The translations under genes were made by a program, and so were the position numbers. Positions 11,338 through 20,388 of a DNA stretch of 64,000 bases are shown piece by piece; the first letter of the stretch is position 1; the number at the start of each line of letters is the position of its first letter. Origin of the DNA: an uncultured Thermoleophilia bacterium (lineage in GTDB: Bacteria; Actinomycetota; Thermoleophilia; Miltoncostaeales; Miltoncostaeaceae). The notes beneath the pieces were generated by a model. The model was not told the DNA's origin. It did no database searches and was given only the letters and a program-made list of their open reading frames with translations. Location: NCBI GenBank assembly GCA_942490795.1, contig CALNYH010000014.1, positions 79,957 to 143,956 of the forward strand, read 5' to 3'.

Positions 11338-11567
11338 GACGCGCCTCCGCCGCCGGGCGCGACCCGCGCCAACGATCCCGCGCAGTACGGGCACACCGTG
11401 CCGGCGTCGGCGCCGCGACCGAAGGTCGCGCCACATCCGCCGCACGCGACGGGATCGCTCGTGGCCACCGCCAGTGGCGCGGCGGCCCCCTTCGCATCCG
11501 CCCCGCCGCGTGCGCACCCCTCCCCGACCGGGCGCCGCCCGCCGGGCCAACCGTCGCGTCGCGTCAT
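11334..11567 (-). CDS. small zinc-ribbon protein (CxxC...CxxC)
   Basis: 77 aa with ACGGCGATF...VCPYCAGS. GGAGG lies upstream of the ATG. Its stop overlaps the next start (GTGA). The competing frame upstream of 11337 is Arg-rich junk. Confidence 0.45.
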   Translation of the reverse strand: MTRRDGWPGGRRPVGEGCARGGADAKGAAAPLAVATSDPVACGGCGATFGRGADAGTVCPYCAGSLARVAPGGGGAS

Positions 11568-11807
11568 GATCGTGCGTCCCCTCCACCGTCGCCGCGCGGG
11601 CGCTCCCGCCGAACGACCGTACGCCGACGTCCGAACCCCACCTCAGCACATGTTCGCGCACGAACGCTCCAAGGTCATCGATGACCGGAGACTGCTTTCG
11701 TCATACCTGGTGACCAGGGCATCGGACACGGCGGGGCGGGGCGTCTCTTGCGACGCGATTAAACCTCGCCGCCGCCCGGCGTCGGACGCGCGTGCGGCGC
11801 CCGGCAC

Positions 11808-12446
11808 ATGCCATCCTCGCTCACGGTGATCGACCATGCGCTTCGCCCAGCCAAGGACGCCGTCCTGCGGCCGCTCGTGGCGGTTGTCCCCTCCGGAGTC
11901 CCACCGCTCGCGATCACCGCGTGCGCGGCCGTCGCGGGGCTCGCCGCCGCCGGTGCCGCGGCGGGTGGGTGGGTGCTCGCGGCGTCGCCCTCTGGCTCGC
12001 CAGCCGCGTGCTCGACGGAATGGACGGGGCGCTCGCCCGTCGCGGCGACGCGGACATCCGATCTCGGCGGCTACCTCGACTTCCTGCTCGACGTCGTCGT
12101 CTACACAGCGATCCCACTCGGCGTCGCGATCAACGTCGGGGGCGAGGGCATCTGGGCGGCGACGGCGCTCCTGCTGGGAGCGTTCTACGTGAACGCCGTG
12201 TCGTGGACCTACCTGTCGGCGCTGCTCGAGCGACGCGGGCGCGGCGCGAGCGCGCGCGGCGAGCAGACGGCCGTGACGATGCCGCGGGGCCTGATCGAGG
12301 GCGCCGAGACGATTCTTCTCTTCGCGGTGATCCTGGCGGTTCCGGACTGGGCGATCGTGATCGTCCCGGTGATGGCGGCGCTCGTGGCGGTCTCGGCCGC
12401 CCAGCGAGCGCTCTGGGCGACGCGCGAGCTGCGGGGCGGGTCGTGA
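11808..12446 (+). CDS. CDP-alcohol phosphatidyltransferase family protein with the first half of the catalytic motif out of frame (apparent compensated double frameshift)
   Basis: The ORF is intact and has the TM pattern and GGYLDFLLD. The DGMDGALARR part of D-G-x2-A-R-x8-G-x3-D-x3-D is encoded only in the +2 frame across 11984-12058. Confidence 0.6.
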   Translation: MPSSLTVIDHALRPAKDAVLRPLVAVVPSGVPPLAITACAAVAGLAAAGAAAGGWVLAASPSGSPAACSTEWTGRSPVAATRTSDLGGYLDFLLDVVVYTAIPLGVAINVGGEGIWAATALLLGAFYVNAVSWTYLSALLERRGRGASARGEQTAVTMPRGLIEGAETILLFAVILAVPDWAIVIVPVMAALVAVSAAQRALWATRELRGGS

Positions 12447-13156
12447 CCGGCGTCGATGCGGCCGTGCTCGTCGCCGAGCGTGCCCGTGCCCGGCGGCGCA
12501 GGTGGCAGCGCTTCGCCGTCGCGGGGGCGTGGCTTGTCATCGTGGGCGCGTTCCAGGCCTGGGCGCTCGCGCGCGGGGTGACGCCGGCGGAGGCGGCGAC
12601 GGACCTAGTCGATGCGATCAAGGGCAGCGCCTGGGGCGCCCTCGTCTTCATCGCGGTCTACCTCGTCCGCCCGCTGCTGCTGTTCTCGGCGGCGGTCCTC
12701 ACCGTCGCGGCCGGGTTCCTGTTCGGCCCGACGTGGGGCGTGCTGCTGGTCGCCGTCGCGGCGAACGGGTCCGCGATGGTTGCGTACGCCGTCGGACGAT
12801 GGCTCGGCACCGACTCGCAGCCGGACGCGGAGAGACGCCTGGGCCGGTACGTCGTGCGCCTTCGCGAGCGCAGCTTCGAGACGGTGGCGGTCATGCGTCT
12901 GCTCTTCCTGCCGTACGACCTAGTCAACTACCTCTGCGGGTTCCTGCGCATCCGTCCCATCCCCTTCCTCGCGGGCACCGCGATCGGCTCGGCGCCCGCG
13001 ACGGTCGCCTTCGTGCTGTTCGGGGCCTCGATCGAGGACTTCGACGGCGGGGTTCCGTCGCTCGATGTGACCACGCTGCTGGTCTCGGTCGGGCTGCTCC
13101 TGGCCGCCATCGGCGCCGCGGAGATCCTCCGCCGACGGGAGCGGGCGCATGGCTGA
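12443..13156 (+). CDS. TVP38/TMEM64 (DedA-related) family membrane protein
   Basis: VYLVRPLLLFSAAVLTVAAGFLFGP...LLFLPYDLVNYLCGF. The GTG start overlaps the upstream stop (GTGA at 12443-12446). Confidence 0.8.
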   Translation: MTGVDAAVLVAERARARRRRWQRFAVAGAWLVIVGAFQAWALARGVTPAEAATDLVDAIKGSAWGALVFIAVYLVRPLLLFSAAVLTVAAGFLFGPTWGVLLVAVAANGSAMVAYAVGRWLGTDSQPDAERRLGRYVVRLRERSFETVAVMRLLFLPYDLVNYLCGFLRIRPIPFLAGTAIGSAPATVAFVLFGASIEDFDGGVPSLDVTTLLVSVGLLLAAIGAAEILRRRERAHG

Positions 13157-14567
13157 GGTGGAACGCTTCGACGCAGCGGTGATCGGCGCGGGCGCCGGCG
13201 GGATGACCGTCGCGGTGGGCCTCGCGGCCTTCGGCCGCCGGGTCGCCCTGATCGAGGCGGCGCGTGTCGGCGGCGACTGCACGAACGTCGGCTGCATCCC
13301 GTCCAAGCGCCTGCTCCACCTGGCGCGGAAGCCTGGCGCCCGCCACGACGCCCGATCGATCCTCGCCGACGTGCGCCGAACCCGCGACGCGCTCGAGGCG
13401 CGCGAGCGGGACGAGTTCGGGGCGATGGACGGGATCACACTGATCGCCGGGCACGCCACGATCACGGGTCCGCGATCGGTCGGAGTGCGCGCCGCGGACG
13501 GCGTGCGGCGACTCCTGACGGGCGACATCATCGTCGCGACCGGCGGGCGCCCACGTGCGCTCGACATCCCTGGGCTCGGCGATCGGGCGCTCACGAACGA
13601 GACCCTCTTCGAGCTCGAGCAGCCGCCCGGCCACCTGGTGATCGTCGGCGCCGGGGCCGTGGGCCTGGAGATGGCCGACGCGTTCGCCCGGCTTGGAAGC
13701 CGCGTGACGATCGTCGAGGCGGCCGACCGCCCGCTGGCCGTCGCCGGCGCCGCGGCGGCGGCGGCGATCGCCGCCGCCCTCGCTCACCGGGGGATCGTGC
13801 TCAGGACCGGCTCGACCGTGACCGGCTTCGACGGCGCGACGCGGACCCTCCGCCTGGCCGGCCCGAGCGGCGAGGGGACGCTCGCCGATGTCGACCGCGT
13901 GCTGATGGCCGTCGGCCGTACGCCGGCGACGCGAGACCTCGGCCTCGAGCGTGTCGGAGTACGGCCGACCCCGGAGGGAATCCGGGTCGACGCCTGGGGC
14001 CGGACGGGCGCGGAGGGCGTGTGGGCGGTCGGTGACGTCACGCCCGGCTCGCACCAGACGCACGCGGCCAACGCCATGGGTCGACGCATCGTCCGGCGGA
14101 TCGCGCTCCCGCTCCTGCCCGCGCTCGGCGGGCCGCCCCCGATCCCGTCGGCGGTGTTCACCGACCCGGAGGTCGCCTGGATCGGACCCCGCGAGGACGC
14201 GCTCGCCCGTCGCATCCACCCCGATGCGACGACCACAATCGGCATCGAGCTGCCCGACACGGATCGGGGCCTGACCGACGGCGTGGCGATCGGTTTCGTC
14301 GAGATCACCGCGGTCCGGCTGACCGGGCGCATCCTCGCCGCGACCGCCGTCGGACCGACCTCCTCGGAGACGATCACCACGATCTCGCTCGCGATGCGCC
14401 GGCGCATCTCGCTCCACGGGCTGCGGGGGCTCGTCGTCCCCTACCCCACGTTCTCGGGTGCGATCACCGCGATCGCGGACGAGTTCGCCCGTCGCACCCT
14501 GCCCGCCCTGCCGCGCGAGGCCGGGCGGTACGCTCGGCACCGCCTTGCCCGACCCCCCCGCCCCTGA
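13149..14567 (+). CDS. FAD-dependent pyridine nucleotide-disulfide oxidoreductase (Lpd/MerA-like, no C-terminal His-Glu dyad)
   Basis: VIGAGAGG, GGDCTNVGCIPSK and VGAGAVGLE are present. The C-terminus reads VVPYPTFSG where HxxxxE is expected. There is an 8-nt overlap with the TVP38 gene. Confidence 0.85.
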   Translation: MAEVERFDAAVIGAGAGGMTVAVGLAAFGRRVALIEAARVGGDCTNVGCIPSKRLLHLARKPGARHDARSILADVRRTRDALEARERDEFGAMDGITLIAGHATITGPRSVGVRAADGVRRLLTGDIIVATGGRPRALDIPGLGDRALTNETLFELEQPPGHLVIVGAGAVGLEMADAFARLGSRVTIVEAADRPLAVAGAAAAAAIAAALAHRGIVLRTGSTVTGFDGATRTLRLAGPSGEGTLADVDRVLMAVGRTPATRDLGLERVGVRPTPEGIRVDAWGRTGAEGVWAVGDVTPGSHQTHAANAMGRRIVRRIALPLLPALGGPPPIPSAVFTDPEVAWIGPREDALARRIHPDATTTIGIELPDTDRGLTDGVAIGFVEITAVRLTGRILAATAVGPTSSETITTISLAMRRRISLHGLRGLVVPYPTFSGAITAIADEFARRTLPALPREAGRYARHRLARPPRP

Positions 14568-14571
14568 GCTC

Positions 14572-15774
14572 ATGCGACGCCGCCCACCACCGCCGATCGT
14601 CTCCCTCGCGCTGGGCCTGCTCATGGTGTTGCTCGTCGCCGCCGGGTGCGGCACCGACGAGGCCGAGGACGGGTCGAGCGCGCCGCTCTCGGCCGACTGG
14701 GAGGATGTGGCGCGCGCGGCAGAGGGCCAGACGGTGCGCTGGTGGTTGTTCGGCGGCGACGCGCGGATCAACCGCTACGTGGAGCGGGAGGTCGTGCCCG
14801 CCGCGGCGAAGGGCGGCGTCACGCTCGAGCGGGTCCCGATCGCCGACACGGCCGAGGCGGTCCAACGCGTGCTCGCCGAGCGCCAGGCGGGACGTACCGG
14901 TGGCGGCGCGGTCGACCTGATCTGGATCAACGGCGAGAACTTCGCGCTCGGCAAGGAGGCCGGTCTCTGGCTCCAGGACTGGGTGGGGTCGCTCCCCAAC
15001 AGCCGCTTCGTCGACCTCGAGGACCCAGCTCTTGCGAGCGACTTCGGCGTGCCGGTCGACGGTCAGGAGGCACCCTGGAGCCGCGCCGCCTTCGTCTTCG
15101 CCCACGACCCGGCGCGGGTCCCCGACCCGCCGCGGAGCGTCGACGAGCTCCTCGAGTACGCCCGCGCCAACCCCGGCCGGGTCACGTATCCGGCGCCGCC
15201 CGACTTCACGGGTTCCGCGTTCGTGCGCCTCGCCGTGCAGGAACTCGGGGTCGACCGGGCGATCGAGGCCCTCGCCGACGTCGCCCCGGACCTCTTCGAG
15301 GGCGGGCGCAACTACCCGAAGACCGAGGCGGAGCTCAACCGGCTCTTCGGCGACGGCCAGGTGGACATCGCCATGAGCTACGACCCGAGCTTCGTGCGCT
15401 CGGCGGTCTCGGCGGGGCGGTTCCCGGACACGGCCCGGCCGTTCGCCTTCGCGCGCACGCTCCAGAACGCGAGCTTCGTGACGATCCCCGCCAACGCCGC
15501 CGCCCCGGAGGGCGCAGCGGTCGTCGCAAACCTGCTCCTGTCGCCGGACCTGCAGCGGGCCAAGGCCGACCCGGACGTGCTGGGGGTGCCGACGGTCATC
15601 GACGTCGGGCGCCTCCCGGAGGACCTGCGTGCGGGCTTCGCGCCCCCCATGGACGATCCCCATCTCCTCGGCCCGGACGACCTCGGCAGCCCCCTCGCCG
15701 AGCTCCCCTCCGAGGACGTCGCGCCCATCGAGCGTCGCTGGCAGCGGGAGGTGCTCCGATCGGCGGGCTCGTGA
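14572..15774 (+). CDS. ABC transporter substrate-binding lipoprotein (YnjB-like by memory)
   Basis: Signal peptide plus lipobox LVAAGCG. The ~400-aa periplasmic-binding-protein-like body is followed by ABC ATPase and permease genes. Confidence 0.8.
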   Translation: MRRRPPPPIVSLALGLLMVLLVAAGCGTDEAEDGSSAPLSADWEDVARAAEGQTVRWWLFGGDARINRYVEREVVPAAAKGGVTLERVPIADTAEAVQRVLAERQAGRTGGGAVDLIWINGENFALGKEAGLWLQDWVGSLPNSRFVDLEDPALASDFGVPVDGQEAPWSRAAFVFAHDPARVPDPPRSVDELLEYARANPGRVTYPAPPDFTGSAFVRLAVQELGVDRAIEALADVAPDLFEGGRNYPKTEAELNRLFGDGQVDIAMSYDPSFVRSAVSAGRFPDTARPFAFARTLQNASFVTIPANAAAPEGAAVVANLLLSPDLQRAKADPDVLGVPTVIDVGRLPEDLRAGFAPPMDDPHLLGPDDLGSPLAELPSEDVAPIERRWQREVLRSAGS

Positions 15775-16808
15775 TCGAGGGGCTGGTCTCCCGCCCCGGA
15801 GGCGCCGGCGTGCTGCGCGGCGTCGATCTGACGATCCCCGGCGCCGGTCGGCTGGCCTTGGTGGGCCCCTCGGGCGCGGGGAAGACCACCCTGCTGCGCG
15901 TCATCGCGGGCCTCGGGGTGCTCGACGAGGGGCGCGTCGAGCTCGGGGGGCGGTCCTTGGTCGAGTTGGCGCCGCACCGGCGGCCGATCGCGATGGTCTT
16001 CCAGGAGCCGCGCCTTCTGCCGCACCTCGACGTCGTTGGGAACGTCGCCCTGCCGCTGCGCGCGTCCGGCGCGCGCCGAGCGGACCGACGACGGCGCGCG
16101 AGCGCCCTGCTCGACGAGGTCGGCCTCGGCGGCTACGCCGGGCGCGCCCCGCGGAGCCTCTCCGGGGGCGAGCAACAACGGGTGGCGCTCGCCCGGGCGC
16201 TGTGCGCCGAGCCCGAACTGCTCCTGCTCGACGAGCCGCTCGCCTCGGTCGATCCCGACCGGCGCGAGAGCCTGCGCGCGCTGATCGCGCGCGTGCAGCG
16301 CGAGCGGGGGATCACGATGCTGGTCGTGACCCACGACCAGCAGGAGGCGGCGATCCTCGGCGAGCGCGTCGCCCTCATGATCGAGGGGCGGATCCTCCAG
16401 TGCGACACGCCGGAGGGCATGGTGCACCGCCCGTCCACCCCGGTCGTGGCGCGGTTCTTCGGCGGCCGCAACGTGATCGCGGGCGACGTCGTGGGCGGGG
16501 TCATGGCCACGCCGGCCGGGCCGATCCGCGTCGACGCCCGGGACGGCCCGGCGCAGATCACCATCCGGCCGGAACGGTGGCGTGTGGGCGACGGCCCGCT
16601 CCGCATGCAGGTCCTCGGGCGGGAGTCCCTCGGCGTCGACGTGCGTCTGCGACTGGGCGCCGGGGCGCTCGTGGTCGAGGCGCAGGTCGACCCGGCCGAC
16701 GCCCCTCAGGTGGGCGAGATCGTCGCCGCGGAGGCCCCGCGCGAGGGCGTGTGGTGCTTTCCCGACTGGCGCGACCCGACCCACGCGGGCGACCAGTTGC
16801 CCCGGTGA
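15771..16808 (+). CDS. ABC transporter ATP-binding protein
   Basis: Walker A GPSGAGKTT, signature LSGGEQQR, Walker B LLLLDEP, H-loop VTHD. GTGA overlap with the substrate-binding protein gene. Confidence 0.9.
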   Translation: MIEGLVSRPGGAGVLRGVDLTIPGAGRLALVGPSGAGKTTLLRVIAGLGVLDEGRVELGGRSLVELAPHRRPIAMVFQEPRLLPHLDVVGNVALPLRASGARRADRRRRASALLDEVGLGGYAGRAPRSLSGGEQQRVALARALCAEPELLLLDEPLASVDPDRRESLRALIARVQRERGITMLVVTHDQQEAAILGERVALMIEGRILQCDTPEGMVHRPSTPVVARFFGGRNVIAGDVVGGVMATPAGPIRVDARDGPAQITIRPERWRVGDGPLRMQVLGRESLGVDVRLRLGAGALVVEAQVDPADAPQVGEIVAAEAPREGVWCFPDWRDPTHAGDQLPR

Positions 16809-17644
16809 GGCGCCGCGGGTGGCGCAGGGTCGTCGGCCGGGTCCTCGCCACCCTGGCGCTGCTGCCCGCCGCGCTGGTCCTCGTGCTCTTCGCCGGCGCG
16901 GTCCTCGGCATGGTGCGGGCGAGCCTCGGCGTCAGCGTGATCCGCGGATGGTCGGCCGCCTCGCTCGACGCCTACCGCGACCTCGCCGCCGACCCGCTGT
17001 TCGCCGAGGCCGTGGGCTTCACGCTGTGGCTGGTCGCGGTATCGACCCTCGCGTCCGCCGCCCTGGCGCTGGCGCTGGCCGCCGCCCTTCGCCACCGGGG
17101 GCCGATGGCGAAGGGCCTCGCGGCGCTGCCGGTCCCCATGCCCCATCTGCTCGCGGCCTCCATCGGGGTGCTCTGGCTCGGCCCCGGCGGAATCGCCGAC
17201 CGCCTGCTCGGAGCCCTCCCGGTCGATCTCGTCCGCGACCCGCTCGGGGTCGGGATCATCCTCGTCTATGTCTACAAGGAGGTGCCGTTCCTGGCGCTGC
17301 TCGTGCTCGGCGCCTGGACCCAGGAGGTCGCCCGTCGCGAGGAGGTCGCCGCGGTCCACGGCGCGACGCGGCGCCAGCGACTCGTGTGGGTCGTGTGGCC
17401 GGCGATCCGGGCGCCGCTCGCCACGGGATCGCTGGTGGTCGCCGCATTCGTGCTCGGATCGTTCGAGGTCCCACTCGTGATCGGACCGAACGCCCCGCAG
17501 ACGCTCTCGGAGTACGCGCTCGCGGCCGGCAACGCCGGCGCGCTCGACGGGCGCGCCGTCGCCAACGCGGCGCTCCTGATCGCGAGCCTCGCCGCGCTGG
17601 CGATCGCGCTGCCGCTCGCCCGACTCCTCGGCCGGCGTGGCTGA
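16805..17644 (+). CDS. ABC transporter permease
   Basis: Multi-TM protein. GTGA overlap with the ATPase stop. EAA-like loop region (EVAAVHGATRRQRLVWVVWP). Confidence 0.85.
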   Translation: MRRRGWRRVVGRVLATLALLPAALVLVLFAGAVLGMVRASLGVSVIRGWSAASLDAYRDLAADPLFAEAVGFTLWLVAVSTLASAALALALAAALRHRGPMAKGLAALPVPMPHLLAASIGVLWLGPGGIADRLLGALPVDLVRDPLGVGIILVYVYKEVPFLALLVLGAWTQEVARREEVAAVHGATRRQRLVWVVWPAIRAPLATGSLVVAAFVLGSFEVPLVIGPNAPQTLSEYALAAGNAGALDGRAVANAALLIASLAALAIALPLARLLGRRG

Positions 17645-18452
17645 GCGCACCGGCCGGCGGCGGCTGTCGGGGATCGCGCTGGGCGCGACCCTGGCGCTCG
17701 TCGCGATCGTGCCCGTCCTCAGCCTGGTCGTCCAGGCGGCGGCGGACGAGTGGCGGGCGCCCGCGCGCTGGCCGCAGCGCCTGGGGACGAGGGGGATCGA
17801 GATCGCCTTCTCGGACACGACCGGCGCGATCGCCGCCATCCAGGGCTCGCTCGTCGTGGGGGTCGCGACCACGCTCATCGCGATCGCGATCGGCTGGCCG
17901 GTGGCGCGCCTGATCGGCGAGCGGGGTGCCGCGCGGACGCGGATCGTCTGGCTGGCGCTCGCGCTGCCGCTGCTCGTGCCACCGTTCGCGATCGGGAGCG
18001 GTCTCGCGGAGTGGTTGATCCGCTTCGGCATGGCGGACTCGTACTCGGCGCTCGTCGTCGCGCACCTTGTCCCGGTCGTCCCGTACGTCGTCCTGGTGCT
18101 CGCGAGCGCCTTCACGCCCGACCTACGCGCGCTCGAGGAGGTCGCCGAGGTCCATGGGGCGGGCCCCCTGACGCGCGTCCGCCTCGTCACGCTGCCCGCG
18201 ATCGGGCCGACGCTGGCGGTCGCGGCGCTCCTCGGCTTCCTGGTGTCGTGGAGCCAGTACGGCCTCAGCCTCGCGGTCGGCGGAGGCACGCCCATGCTCC
18301 CGCTGCTGCTCGTGCCCTTCGTGGACACGGACCCGCAGGTCGCCGCCGTTCTGGCCCTGGTCTTCCTCGTGCCGACGCTGCTCGCCCTGCTCGTGACCGC
18401 TCGCGTCCTCGCCGGCGCGCGGTCGACGCGGCTCGCCGCACCGCCGATCTGA
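17637..18452 (+). CDS. ABC transporter permease
   Basis: Multi-TM protein with EAA-like loop LEEVAEVHGAGPLTRVRLVTLP. 8-nt overlap with the preceding permease. Confidence 0.85.
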   Translation: MAERTGRRRLSGIALGATLALVAIVPVLSLVVQAAADEWRAPARWPQRLGTRGIEIAFSDTTGAIAAIQGSLVVGVATTLIAIAIGWPVARLIGERGAARTRIVWLALALPLLVPPFAIGSGLAEWLIRFGMADSYSALVVAHLVPVVPYVVLVLASAFTPDLRALEEVAEVHGAGPLTRVRLVTLPAIGPTLAVAALLGFLVSWSQYGLSLAVGGGTPMLPLLLVPFVDTDPQVAAVLALVFLVPTLLALLVTARVLAGARSTRLAAPPI

Positions 18453-18521
18453 GGCGCCGAGCGAAGGGACCGATCGGTCTGTCTCGACCGTCCGACCGAC
18501 CGCCCGTGTAGCGTCGGCACA

Positions 18522-19103
18522 ATGGGACAGCGTTCCGATGCGGGCGCGCGAGGCCCCGCGCGCGAGCGGATCCTCGACGCCGCGGCCCATTGCTTTGCGG
18601 CCGAGGGGATCAACGCCGTGGGCGTGGACCGCATCATCCGGGAGTCGGACGCGGCGAAGGCCACCCTCTACAAGCACTTCGCCGGCAAGGACGATCTGAT
18701 CGCGGCCTACCTCGCGGAGGCCTCGGCGGCATGGTGGGATCGCGTCGGCGCGCGACTGACACCGCTCGCCTCCCCGGACGCGCGAATCCTGGCGCTCTTC
18801 GACGACCTCGCGGAACGCGTCGCCGCACCGGATTACCGGGGGTGCCCCTTCATCAACGCCGCGGCCGAGCTTCCCGACCCCGAGCACCCGGCGCGTCGCA
18901 TCATCGACCAGCACCGCGGATGGGTGGCGGGACTGCTGGTCGGCCTGGCCGAGGAAGGCGGGCATCCGGCGGCCGGCGCGCTCGCGTCGCAGGTCGGCGT
19001 GCTCCACGACGGCGCGATGGTCGCGGCGGGGATCGACCGGGCCGGGGCCGTCCGCCTCGTCGACGATGCCCGCGCGGCCGCCGCGAGGCTCATCGCCGGC
19101 TGA
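18522..19103 (+). CDS. TetR/AcrR family transcriptional regulator
   Basis: N-terminal HTH RILDAAAHCFAAEGINAVGVDRIIRESDAAKATLYKHFAGKDDL; 193 aa. Confidence 0.9.
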   Translation: MGQRSDAGARGPARERILDAAAHCFAAEGINAVGVDRIIRESDAAKATLYKHFAGKDDLIAAYLAEASAAWWDRVGARLTPLASPDARILALFDDLAERVAAPDYRGCPFINAAAELPDPEHPARRIIDQHRGWVAGLLVGLAEEGGHPAAGALASQVGVLHDGAMVAAGIDRAGAVRLVDDARAAAARLIAG

Positions 19104-19385
19104 GCGCCGCCGGCACGGGCCGCGGGGTGCCTGCCGATCAGGGGGCCGCGTGCCGCCGGGCGGTCGTGCCTCGCCGAGGCGGAGTCGACGCCCGCCGCGA
19201 GCGTCGAAGCCCAGCGCCGTCCGCCCCACTCCCCGCGCTGCGCGAGCACGCCCCGCACGGCATCCCGCCCCTGGCCGCGTCCGCCGACCATGCTCGTCCG
19301 GGATGTCGTCGAGCAGGGCCGTCGGCCGCGCACGCTCGTCGAGCCGCTCGGGCGCGGTCGTGGGCTCGGCCACGACCGCGCCGCC

Positions 19386-20378
19386 TCAGCCGGCCTCGGC
19401 GACCCCGGGGATCCGCTCAGCCGCCCGCTCGACCTCGCGCACCCACTCCAGATGACGCGCCAGCCCCTCGCGCAGGCCGGTCGTCGGCGACCACCCGAGA
19501 TCCTCGGCGGCGCGAGAGGTGTCGGCGCCCGTGTGGCGGGCGTCGCCGGCCTGCTGCGCCCGGCGCTCGATGCTCAGGGGCCGCCCGTTCAGCTCCTCGA
19601 TCATCGCGACGACCTGGTTGACGCTCGCCCGCTGACCGCCGCCCACGTTGTAGACGCCCCCGGCCGGCCCGGCGAGGGCGGCGCGGTACGTGGCCGCGAC
19701 GGCGTCGGCGACATAGGTGAAGTCGCGACTCTGCTCGCCGTCCCCGTAGATCGTGATCGGCTCGTCGCGGACCGCCGCGCGCAGGAAGCGCGTGAAGGCC
19801 ATGTCGGGGCGCTGTCGCGGCCCGTAGACCGTGAAGAACCGGAGCGCCACGGCCGGGACGCCCCGCTCGCGCGCATACAGCCGCCCGAGCCCCTCGGCCG
19901 CGAGCTTGGTGACGCCATAGGGCGAGACGGGACGCGGAACGGTGGCGTCCTCGACCGTCGGCAGGCGCTCGGCGTCCCCGTAGATCGACGACGAGGACGC
20001 GTGCACGAACTGCACCGGCCGCGCGCTGACGGCCTCGAGGAGCCGCTGCGTCGCGGTGATGTTGTCATGCACATACCGATCGAAGGTCGTGCCCCAGCTC
20101 GCACGGACCCCCGGCTGGGCGGCGAGGTGGATCACCGCGTCACACCCCTCGAGCAGCGGCGCGAGCTCCGTCGTCGCGACGTCCGCCTCGGTGAGCGTGA
20201 ACCGAGGCTCCCCGGCCAGGCCCGCCAGGTTCGCGACCTTCCGCTCACGCGGGTAGTAGTCGGTGAAGACATCGACGCCACGGACCCGCACCCCGTCCGC
20301 CACGAGCGCCTCGGCCAGGTGTGAGCCGATGAAGCCGGCCGCTCCCGTCAGGAGCACCGTGCGGAGGGTCCCACCCAC
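19386..20378 (-). CDS. NAD-dependent epimerase/dehydratase (extended SDR)
   Basis: LLTGAAGFIGSHL, YGVTK catalytic motif, FTVYGPRQRPDMA. The start is ambiguous between GTG 20378 and GTG 20357. Confidence 0.85.
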   Translation of the reverse strand: MGGTLRTVLLTGAAGFIGSHLAEALVADGVRVRGVDVFTDYYPRERKVANLAGLAGEPRFTLTEADVATTELAPLLEGCDAVIHLAAQPGVRASWGTTFDRYVHDNITATQRLLEAVSARPVQFVHASSSSIYGDAERLPTVEDATVPRPVSPYGVTKLAAEGLGRLYARERGVPAVALRFFTVYGPRQRPDMAFTRFLRAAVRDEPITIYGDGEQSRDFTYVADAVAATYRAALAGPAGGVYNVGGGQRASVNQVVAMIEELNGRPLSIERRAQQAGDARHTGADTSRAAEDLGWSPTTGLREGLARHLEWVREVERAAERIPGVAEAG

Positions 20379-20388
20379 TCCTCGGACG

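Noticed and set aside
11568-11807. Divergent 240-nt control region between the zinc-ribbon/Crp-reductase unit and the lipid/TVP38 operon, examined for Crp/FNR-type palindromes (TGTGA-N6-TCACA or TTGAT-N4-ATCAA).
   Set aside because: I found no convincing palindrome by eye. It contains a somewhat AT-richer patch (ccggagactgctttcgtcatacctggtgacc), but nothing I can support as a site.
19104-19385. 282-nt gap between the convergent TetR and epimerase genes, with a semi-plausible minus-strand peptide (AEPTTAPERLDERARPTALLDDIPDEH...).
   Set aside because: The frame degenerates into Arg/Gly-rich sequence within about 30 codons and runs antisense into the TetR gene. No start or RBS context and no family match.
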